Positions 12,286-21,850 of a stretch of DNA of 64,000 nucleotides are shown here, one piece after another. The notes under the pieces were generated by a model. It was not told the DNA's origin. It made no database searches and worked only from the letters and a program-made list of their open reading frames with translations. This stretch comes from Stegostoma tigrinum (taxonomy: Eukaryota), in NCBI RefSeq assembly GCF_030684315.1, contig NC_081360.1, positions 4,116,098 through 4,180,097 on the forward strand, written 5' to 3'. The first letter of the stretch is position 1, and each line of letters opens with the position of its first letter. Position numbers and translations under genes: made by a program.

Positions 12286-13295
12286 GATAATAAAATGTGA
12301 GGCTGGATGAACGCAGCAGGCCCAGCAGCATCTCAGGAGCACAAAAGCTGACGTTTCGGGCCTAGACCCTTCATCAGAGAGGGAGATAGGGTGAGGGTTC
12401 TGGAATAAATAGGGAGAGAGGGGGAGGCAGACCGAAGATGGAGAGAAAAGAAGATAGGTGGAGAGGAGAGTATAGGTGGGGAGGTAGGGAGAGGACAGGT
12501 CAGTCCAGGGAAGAGGGACAGGTCAAGGAGGTGGGATGAGGTTAGTAGGTAGGAGATGGAGGTGCGGCTTGGGGTGGGAGGAAGGGATGGGTGAGAGGAA
12601 GAACAGGTTGGGGGGCAGAGACAAGTTGGACTGGTTTTGGGATGCAGTGGGGGGAGCGGAAGAGCTGGGCTGGTTGTGTGGTGCAGTGCGGGGAGGGGAC
12701 GAACTGGGCTGGTATTGGGATGCGGTGGGGGAAGGGGAGATTTTGAAGCTGGTGAAGTCCACATTGATGACATTGGGCTGCAGAGTTCCCAAGCAGAATA
12801 TGAGTTGCTGTTCCTGCAACCTGCAGGTGGCATCATTGTGGCACTGCAGGAGGCCCATGCTGGACATGTCATCTAAAGAATGGGAGGGGAAGTGGAAATG
12901 GTTTGCGACTGGGAGGTGCAGTTGTTTATTGCAAACCGAGGGGAGGTGTTCTGCAAAGCGGTCCCCGAGCCTCCGCTTGGTTTCCCCAATGTAGAGGGAG
13001 CCACACCGGGTACAGTGGATGCAGTATATCACATTGGTAGATGTGCAGGTGAACCTCTGCTTAATATGGAAAGTCATCTTGGGGCCTGGGATAGGGGTGA
13101 GGGAGGAGGTGTGGGGGCAAGTGTAGCATTTCCTGCGGTTGCAGGGGAAGGTGCCAGGTGTGGTGGGGTTGGAGGGCAGTGTGGAGCGAACAAGGGAGTC
13201 ATGGAGAGAGTGGTCTCTCCGGAAAGCAGACAAGGGTGGGAATGGAAAAATGTCTTAGGTGGTGGGGTCGGATTGTAGATGGCGGAAGTGTCGGA
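12286..13295 (-). mobile_element. Penelope-like element, 5'-truncated (GIY-YIG endonuclease and terminal repeat), with TSD
   Basis: ORF 12523-13233 'NVIYCIHCTRCGSLYIGETKRRLGDRFAEH'. TSD gaatt(t/c)gaact(t/c)gg at 12272-12285 and 13296-13309. Confidence 0.92.
12350..12377 (-). ncRNA. Minimal hammerhead-ribozyme-like motif in the PLE terminal repeat
   Basis: Minus strand CTGATGA-A-GGGTCTAGGCCC-GAAACGTC: conserved core, stem II and a loopless palindromic stem III. Stem I is weak. Confidence 0.6.
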
Positions 13296-13444
13296 GAATT
13301 CGAACTCGGATGATTTGGTTCAGAGGAAGGGACACTGTCACCGCAACACAAGGACAGACACATGCGGACATAGGCAGTGATTTATTTTTGTCATGGTTGA
13401 ATGCATTGATAGATTGAAGGAGGTAAATCACAGGCATTGATTGT

Positions 13445-13744
13445 CAAGTGGTACTATTTCTGGAATATCAATCCAGAACCCCAGAGAACGTAATAGGCAT
13501 CTGGGTTCGAATCCAGCTCCGGCTGGTGCTGGAATTTGAATTCAATATTATCTGGAATTAAGAACCTCACGATGATTGTGCATCCAATTGTTCAGTGGAA
13601 CCCATCTGATTCACTAATGTCCTTGAGAGAAGGAAGCTGCCTTCCTTACCTGGTCTGGCCTAAATGTGACTCCAGGCCCACAGCAACCTTGTTGACTCTA
13701 AACTGCTCTATAGGCAATAAATCCTGTGAATGACCCAAAAAAAA
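13445..13744 (+). mobile_element. tRNA-derived SINE (non-HE1 family), old
   Basis: B-box gggttcgaatcc, central cccatctgattcactaatgtccttgagagaaggaa, and an A-rich tail resembling the CR1 tail at ~11170-11230. Confidence 0.75.
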
Positions 13745-15097
13745 CATACAGCTAACAAGACAATGGAGCCAATGAAATCCTAACAGTTAGTAACAGTTAG
13801 AAATTGGCAGCCATAAGTGTATGAAATGACAATGTAGAAACAAATTCTGTGAGAAACTTACTTCAATAGAAGATATCATTGGTGCCCACATATTGCCAGG
13901 TGATAATGCCATATATCGATTTTGCAACAGGAAATGGACAAACGCAAGAATGGAATGATATCAAGCCAGACAAATAGAAACATGTTGGTGTTAAATGTGA
14001 TAAGAAGACGAGAATTGGAGCAAAATGGCAGACAGAATGTCACCATTTTAAGTAGTCTAAATGAGCATCAAGAAGTGATAAAGAGGCATCCTTCCTAGCA
14101 GGAAACAAGATTGTGATATTGTGTTGCTCCCATTCATAATTTGGACATAATTGAATCACATTCAGTGTTTGTTATCAAACAAAAACTTGACCACACAACA
14201 TAAGTCAAAGGGTTTGAGAAATATGGTGCACATATCCACCGAGATCCAATTATTTTTATCTGTTTCCATGACTTTGTATAAAATGAGTAAGATGCAGCAA
14301 ACAGATAAGTAAGAGCAAAGCTCCAAGTTTAAATGTTTAGATGAATCAGCGAGTTGGTGCAAGAGGATAAGATGGTGGTGGGTATCCTTTGGATATGGTG
14401 TGGGGCTGGAATGTTCAAATTAATCACCCAACAGCTGGGGTCTGCTTCCAGCAAAGAGTTTATTGAAATTACACCGTGGGATGAAATCTTTTAGGGTCCA
14501 CAAGACTCTTCAATGAACAAAGGAAAATCATGCATTTTTATACATCTGTTTTCAGTCTTTCTTCAGCAATTGCAGAACAATCATTTTATTAATGAATTCC
14601 ATGCACACATAATCAGATTAATAATGTTCAGTGATGGCAGCCTTGTGGGCAACACTTGGTCTTCCGTGATCTCATGATATTTATCTGATAGGCGTTTCAC
14701 AATGAATTCTATACAATCACATTCCGATGTCTGCTGTTTCTGCATCAGTACTTAAATTCATTCTGCATGTGGTGTGGGGCCTTTTCCTTACTGCCTGAGA
14801 CTGTCTTGCTCATTGGAATTTCAGTGAAATCTCTTTCAAGCCTGTTGATGTTTTTCTTTGTTATATGTTCAAACCTGTAACTTGGACTTCAAATCAATTA
14901 CAGGTTTGAACATACATCAAGTTCATTATGACGATTATGTGGAAATCTCAAATAAAGTCATTATTTTTGGCAGAACCCAGATGGCCATTTAAGTTTCAAA
15001 TTCTCCTGTAACAAAAGCAGGTCTTCTTATCTAGCTGTTCCTGTGAAATCAATTGTTGCTGTGTGCTTGTAACAGAATTCTTTGTGTATTAATTACA

Positions 15098-15417
15098 TTA
15101 GATTAGATTAGATTAGATTACCTACAGTGTGCAAATAGGCCCTTTGGCCCAACAAGCCCACACCGCCCCTTGGGGCATCCCACCCAGACCCACTCCCCTA
15201 TAACCCGCACACCGCTGAACACTATGGACAATTTAGCATGGCCAATCCACCTAGCCTGCACATCTTTGGACTGTGGGGCGAAACCGGAGCACCCGGAGGA
15301 AACCCACGCATACACGGGGAGAATGTGCAAACTGAGCACAGACAGTTACCCAAGGCTGGAATCGAACCCGGGTCCCTGGCGCTGTGCGGCTGCAGTGCCA
15401 TCCACTGAGCCACTGTG
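15098..15417 (-). mobile_element. HE1 SINE
   Basis: Near full length. The tail reads (ttaga)n on the plus strand. Confidence 0.95.
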
Positions 15418-15579
15418 ACACAATATCATAATCTTGTTTCCCGCTAGGAAGGATGCCTCTTTATCACTTCTTGATGCTCATCTAGACTATTTAAAATGGT
15501 GATATTCTGTCTGCTATTTCACTCCAATTCTGGTCTTCTTATCATATTTAACACTAACATGTTTATATTTGTCTGGCTT
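15418..15579. repeat. Inverted duplicate of 13963-14124 (inversion breakpoint duplication)
   Basis: Reverse complement of 13963-14124, roughly 90% identical by eye. Confidence 0.9.
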
Positions 15580-16080
15580 AATTAATTGTAAAGACCTTTT
15601 GTGCACTCTCTAAATACTGTAATTTTGGAGGTACATTCAGTCTACAGAGTTACCATTGTTCAACTTACACAATCTAAACCAAGCAAGACATTTTTCTAAG
15701 TCAACTGAAAACTGCAGGTCATGAGAAGCCCCCAGAATGACTTTAGATAAGAACGTAACCTGGCTTATGTAGGTTCTGCATGATGAGTAATAGAGGAAAG
15801 GCAGTCCATAAGATTGTATTTTAACAATGTGGAATCATTCAAGGGTTTACAAAAAGCACAGCCACTATTGTTGTAGAATATGTCTGGATGGCAATGGAAG
15901 TAATGTTACATTATGAATTTAACTCTGAGAAGGACCTTGTTAGTTGAACAAGAGAACTGCAGTTCCAATTGCTATTCAGTTTCAAATCAACTTTCAAAAA
16001 ACCTTTAAAATTCAAGTAAATGGATACTTCACCTCAATTTTAATTCAGCTCCATTTTTTTTTCTGGGTTCGAGCATTAAT

Positions 16081-16401
16081 AGGGCGGCACGGTGGCTCAG
16101 TGGTTAGCACTGCAGCCTCACAGCACCAGTGACTGGGGTTCAATTCCAGCCCCGGGTGACTGTCTGTGTGGAGTTTGCACATTCTCCCCGTGTCTGCGTG
16201 GGTTTCCTGCGGGTGCTCCGGTTTCCTCCCACTGTCCAAAGATGTGCACGTTAGGTGGATTGGCCATGCTAAATTGCCCGTAGTGTTCAGGGGTGTGTGA
16301 GTTATAGGGGGATGGGTCTGGGTGGGATGCTTCAAGCGGCGGTGTGGGCTTGTTGGGCCGAAGGGCCTGTTTCCACACTGTAGGTAATCTAATCTAATCT
16401 A
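16081..16401 (+). mobile_element. HE1 SINE, full length, inserted in the GPCR coding region
   Basis: gggcggcacggtggctcagtggttagc head, taatct tail, possible attaat TSD. Confidence 0.95.
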
Positions 16402-16704
16402 ATTAATGAAGGCATTGGTGCAAAAATTCAAACGCTGCAGCGTGAGTCCAAGTTCTGAGACAATGTACTCTGGATTGCTAAAATATTGATCTGTATAATT
16501 CAAATTTGACACTTGCCATTTTAATGAATGTATAATACAAGTAATTACATCTGTAAAATTCATCGACAAAGCAAATAGCAATATGATTGATTTCCTTCTG
16601 TTCTGTTTCTGTGTCATTGTGATCTCCATGTTATTGTGGTCACGGAGGCTCCTTCGAAATGGATTGGCCATTATACTATGCCTGACAGTCAGCAAATTGA
16701 ACAG

Positions 16705-16992
16705 TCGACCTGCTATTGTTATCACCAATAGGTATGGCCTGATACACTTAGAGATGCTCCAGCCATCTCATTCAATGATCAAAATTACACTTACGAATTG
16801 CAAGTAGAAAAGAAGTATCATAATAGGCAATTTCACAGACAAACGAAGTGAGTTTAACAGGAGATATTAAATTTACAATTATGCATTCTTTCCAAGAAAT
16901 TTAATGCATTTACTAGAATATTTACATAATTATATAATGGTGACATCTTTCAAGAGCCAAATAAGACAAATATTCAAAGAAATTGAAGAGGC
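16705..16992. repeat. 288-bp near-identical direct copy of 17724-18011
   Basis: Only two mismatches seen, both near 16711-16714. Confidence 0.95.
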
Positions 16993-17106
16993 CACAGTCA
17001 AGGCAAATGGAAGCAAAGGAGTCTGAATACTTTCAGTCAATTTACATGCTGCCCAGTAGGGTGAAGTGTAATATTTTGGGATTAGAATGCCACATGATTT
17101 AACACT

Positions 17107-17408
17107 GCTAGTGGTTAGCACTGCAGCCTCACAGCACCAGGGAACTGAGTTCGATTCCAGCCTCAGGCAACTGTCTGCGTGGAGTTTGCACAATTCTCCC
17201 CGTGCCTACGTTAGTTTCCTCTGGGTGCTCCGGTTTCCTCCTACAGTCCAAAAATATGCATGCTAGGTGGGTCAGCCATGTTAAATTGCCCGTAATGTTC
17301 AGGGTGTGTGGGTTATAGGGGGATGGATCTGGGTGGGATGCTCCAAGGGGTGGTGTGGACTTGTTGGGCTGAAGGGTCTGTTTCCACACTGTAGGGAATC
17401 TAATCTAA
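17107..17408 (+). mobile_element. HE1 SINE inserted in the GPCR coding region
   Basis: Same family. The GPCR reading continues on both sides. Confidence 0.92.
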
Positions 17409-18185
17409 AAAAAAGCATCATTAATAATTATTGAAGGAAGGAATGCAATGTAGCAGGGAGCAGATCTTTCAAGAAACTTAGAACATTGATGTCAATACAA
17501 CCACATTTGCAGTTCACTCAGCACAATATTTCACTTGTAACTTGTGTCAACAAGTGACCACAAACCTAACAAAAGTAAAAGAAATTTTGAACCTGACACA
17601 GCAGTTCAAGACATCATTAAACAAAACAGTTTTCATACTATACACAGGAGTAATTAAAAATAAGCTTTTTGATAAATAAATATCATTAATTCAATGAAAT
17701 ATGACTTCAATGAATATAAGCAGTCGACCGGCAATTGTTATCACCAATAGGTATGGCCTGATACACTTAGAGATGCTCCAGCCATCTCATTCAATGATCA
17801 AAATTACACTTACGAATTGCAAGTAGAAAAGAAGTATCATAATAGGCAATTTCACAGACAAACGAAGTGAGTTTAACAGGAGATATTAAATTTACAATTA
17901 TGCATTCTTTCCAAGAAATTTAATGCATTTACTAGAATATTTACATAATTATATAATGGTGACATCTTTCAAGAGCCAAATAAGACAAATATTCAAAGAA
18001 ATTGAAGAGGCCAAATAAACCTTGTTTCTTTAACAATTGAGCACAATAACAAAATCTGTAAACAATAAGTTAAATGGATAGATAATGATCAACAATGGAA
18101 TTTTGAAAAAAAATGCCTGGTGGTGATCATTCTTGAATGGTTCACAAATTCAGCATTGTGATTTGAAACTGTAAGCTGCAGAACA

Positions 18186-20826
18186 GTAAGGACAGTATAA
18201 CGGTGGCTGAAAGAACTTTTGATGAGGACTCGCCTACTGAGGTGGTATGGGTAGAGGTCTGAAACAGGAGAGGAGGGGTAACACTGCTTGGAGTTTTTTT
18301 TTATAGGCCTCCGCAAAGTTCCAGGGATGTGGAGGAGAGGATTGGCAAAACTATTCTGGGCAGGAGTGAAAGGAAGAGGGTGGTCATTAAGGGAGACTGT
18401 AACTTCACTAATGTTGACTGGAAATGCTATTACTCTAGTAAGTTGGATGGATCAATTTTTGTCCAATGTGTGCAGGAGGGTTTCCTGACTCGGTATGTTG
18501 AGGGGCCGACAAGAGGGGAGGCCACACTGGATTTGGTACTTGGTAATGAACCAGGCCAGGTGTTTGATTTAGTGGTAGGTGAGCACTTTGGAGAGAGTGA
18601 CCATAACTCAGTTATGTTTACTTTAGCGATGAAAAAGGATAGAAACATGCCATAGGGCAAGAGTTATGGATGGGGGGGAAAGGCAATTATAATGCGATTA
18701 GGCAAGACTTAGGAGGAATAGAATGGGTTAGCAAGATGCAGGGGATGGGGACAATTGAAATGTGGAGCTGGTTTAAGGAACAGATATTGCGTGTCCTTGA
18801 TAGGTATGTCCCTGTCAGGCAGGGAGCAAGCGATAAGATAAGGGAACCATAGTTTACTAAAGAAATTGTATCTCTTGTCAAGCAGAAGATGGAGGCTTAT
18901 GTGACAATGAGACGAGATGATTCAGATGAGGCGATGGAGAGTTACAGATTAGCTAGGAAGGATTTAAACAGAGAGAGTTAAGAAGAGCAAGGAGGGGACA
19001 TGAACAGACATTAGCATGTAGAATAAAGGAGAACCCTAAAGCTTTCTATAGGTATGTAAGGATTAAGAGGATGACTAGGGTAGGAATAGGGGCAGTCAAA
19101 GGCAGAGTGGGAAGTTGTGTGTGGACCCTGTGGAGAGGTGCTAAATGATTATTTCTCATTTGTTTTCACTGAGGAACAGGAGAATATTGGGCAGGAGACA
19201 GGTGAGTTACGGGCTTCTAGAATTGAAAGGATTAAGGTTAGTAAGGAGAAGGTGTTATCAATTCTAGAAGGTGTGAAGGTAGATAAATCCCCTGGGCCGG
19301 ATGGGACTTTTCCGACGATTCTATGGGAAGCTAGCGAGGAGGTGGCGGAGCCTTTGGCCTTGATCTTTGAGTCCTCATTGTCTACAGGTTTAGTACCAGA
19401 AAACTGGAGGATTGCAAATGTAGTACCCTTGTTCAAGAAGGCCAGTAGGGATGATCCAGGTAATTACAGACTTGTGAGCCTTACATTTGTTGTAGGAAAG
19501 GTCTTGGAAAAGAATATTACAGATAGGATTTATAATCATCCAGCAAGCAACAATTTGATTCGAGATAGTCAGCATGGATTCGTCAAGGGCAGGTCGCGTC
19601 TCACAAACCTGAGTTTTTTTGAGAAGGTGACCAAGCATGTGGATGGAGGGTAGGGCAGTTGACGTGGTGTACATGGACTTCAGAAAGGCCTTTGATAAGG
19701 TTCCACATGGTAGGCTATTGGAGAAAATACAGAGGCACGGGATTGAGGGAGATTTAGCAGTTTGGATTAGAAACTGGCTTTCTGTAAGAAAGCAACGGGT
19801 GGTGGTTGCTGGAAAATATTCAGCCTGGAGTCCAGTCACTAGTGGTGTGCCTCAAGGATCTGTTTTGGGATCACTGCTGTTTGTCATTTTTATAAATGAC
19901 TTGGATGCAGGCATAGGTGGATGGGTTAGTAAGTTTGCAGGTGACACTAAAGTCGGTGGACTGGTGAACAGTGAGGAAGAATGTTGCAGGTAGCAGAGAG
20001 ACTTGGAAAAACTGCAGAATTGGGCTGAAAGGTGGTAAATGGAGTTCAATGCTGATAAATGTGAGGTGATTCACTTTGTGAAGAATAATAGGAAGGCAGA
20101 GTACTGGGTCAATGGAAAGATTCTTGGTAGTGTGGATGAGCAGAGGGATCTTGGTGTCCATGTACATAGATCCCTGAAAGTTGCCACCCAGGTTGATAGT
20201 GCTGTTGAGAAGGCTTATGGTGTGTTAGGTTTTATTGGTAGAGGCATTGAATTCCAGAGCCGTGATGTCATGCTGCAACTGTACAAAACACTTGCGCGGC
20301 CTCACTCGGAATAATGCGTGCAGTTCTGGTTGCCCCATTACAGGATGGATGTGGAAGCATTGGAAAGGGTGCAGAGGAGATTTACCAGGATGTTGCCTGG
20401 TCTGGAGTGCAGGCCCTATGAAGAAAGGCTGAGGGACTTGGGTCTGATCTCATTGGAGAGAAGGAGGCTAAGAGGGGATTTAATAGAGACGTACAAGGTG
20501 ATCAGAAGATTAGATAGGGTGGACACTGAGGGTCTTTTTCCGAGGATGATGACTTCAGCTTGTGCAAGGAGGCATAGCTACAAATTGAGGAGTGATAGAT
20601 TTAAGACAGATGTCAGAGGCAGGTTCTTTCCTCAGAGAGTGGTAAGGGCTGCCTGCTAATGCCATTAACTGAGCCACATTAGGGGCATTTAGAACAGTCC
20701 TTGGATAAGCATATGGATGATGATGGGATACTGTAGGGAGAGGGGCTTAGATTAGTTCACAGGTCGGCACAACATTGAGGGCTGAAGGGCCTGTTCTGTG
20801 CTCCATTGTTCTATGTCCTATATTCT
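18186..20826 (+). mobile_element. HER1/CR1 LINE, 5'-truncated ORF2 (APE-RT) with 3' tail
   Basis: 'GDCNFTNVDW', 'KSPGPDG', 'VVYMDFRKAFDKVPH', 'GVPQGSVLG', 'KFAGDTK', and tail ttctatgtcctatattcta. Frameshifted. Confidence 0.95.
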
Positions 20827-21142
20827 AAACTGAACTTAATAACTCTCATGTTTGCAGTAAAATCAGAAGTAATCACAGGAAACAGCAGCATGATAGAAGG
20901 TAAAAACACGCATTCCTCCCTCAGGACAAAGAACAAACTTCCTTTACCAATCAAACATTCTGTCAGTGTAAATGCTTCCAGTCAATGGAAATTAATTAGA
21001 GCTTGATGAACGCAAAAATACAACAAATAGGAGAAACAGCAGGTTAATTGTTCCCTCTATCATATGCACCTTGTAGGAAGATCGCATGATACAATTTAAA
21101 TTCACTTCCTGCCTAGCCCACCTCTACAAGCCTTGACAACAA

Positions 21143-21318
21143 TAGAAGTTACTGCAAGAGCTCAGCAGGTCTGGCAGCATCTGTGGACAGAAATCAGAGT
21201 TGATGTTATGTTAGCTCTGATTGCTGTCCACAGATGCTGCCAGATCTGCTGAGCTTTTCCAGCAATTTCTAGTTTTGTCTGTGATTTGCAGCATCTGCAG
21301 TTCTTCCAGTTTTTGTTT
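21143..21318. mobile_element. Fold-back (palindromic) PLE-terminus-derived repeat
   Basis: ctcagcaggtctggcagcatctgtggacag...ctgtccacagatgctgccagatctgctgag inverted arms. Confidence 0.8.
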
Positions 21319-21359
21319 AGTCCACAAACCTTGACTGGGTTTCAAATCAAAAATGAATT

Positions 21360-21800
21360 ATCTCAGGCTTAATTTGTAAGCTGTCCGCTGTATGTTTGGA
21401 AAATGTAATCCACAGATTGCACCCCTTGAGAAAGAAACCACGACTCTAAATGGTACCGAGGTCATAAATGTCACAGATTTATACCGGTACAAGCATAATG
21501 GAATAGACCCAAGGGGAAAATCTGTAGGTGAAGTTTTTGATCTCAAGCAGGATGGAGAAAAAAATGACATCAAGGGACAACTTTGTAGATTTGAAGCAGA
21601 CGCTAACCATACCAGAGAAGAAACTAAAAGATTGTGCTGAGCCAGATACATGTGACAACAATGAATCAAATGAAATTAAATCTAAAAAGACACAACTCAG
21701 TCAAATAAACTGCTTCTTCATCCTTGATCCTTTGTTCCTTTCATAAATTTAGCTTTTCCAGCATTCATTCTTCATTTCTTTATATTCCCTGGGTCATATA
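21360..21800 (+). other. Coding-like remnant, possibly a viral glycoprotein C-terminus upstream of L
   Basis: ORF 21392-21640 has three N-x-T sequons (NGT, NVT, NHT) and a helical 'DIKGQL..EADANHTREETK' stretch, followed by hydrophobic codons at ~21710-21800. It sits just 5' of the putative L start. Confidence 0.25.
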
Positions 21801-21850
21801 TTCCAAACTAACTTCCAGATAAAATTTGAGCAATTGACAAGTAAGCGATT

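Larger units (their letters stand above)
11990..15930 (+). other. Endogenous viral element: RdRp core and capping (PRNTase) region of a Mononegavirales-like L protein, TE-interrupted, 13963-15097 inverted
   Basis: Plus strand: 'ILKHYSQ' (~12077), motif A 'SRWNLNL' (12264-12284), motif B-like 'GANEIL..*KL' (~13765-13806), motif C 'GDN-AI' (13899-13913). Minus, inverted block: 'AIWVLPKIMTLFEIST*SS**T*CMFKPV' (LPxxLGG...RGxPDPV-like), 'PYQINIMRS..PSVAHKAAI' (DPYSLNI-like), 'LWTLKDFIPR'. Plus again: 'AYVGSA.DE' (15763-15787, GxxT-like) and 'KSTATIVVEYVW' (to 15887). Confidence 0.7.
15988..17820 (-). pseudogene. GPR139/GPR142-like GPCR pseudogene, exon 2 (TM1 end to C-terminus)
   Basis: 'SISKCIRPYLLVITIA..LITPV..SFTFVRFVVTC*HKLQVKYCAE', 'YYTSPYWAA..TPLLPFAL', 'LFNLLTVRH..NRRKSIILLFALS..FCTNAFIN', 'VKYPFT'. 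Contains stops, two HE1 insertions and a 288-bp templated insertion. Confidence 0.85.

Noticed and set aside
13896-13922. 'GDNAIYRF' read as the capping HR motif
   Set aside because: That would need a circular permutation. Upstream motif A and B matches and colinearity favour GDN motif C, though HR is not fully excluded.
15118-16378. Recurrent small ORFs (MAQWLALQPHS..., also at 26564 and 58136)
   Set aside because: Translations of HE1 SINE copies.
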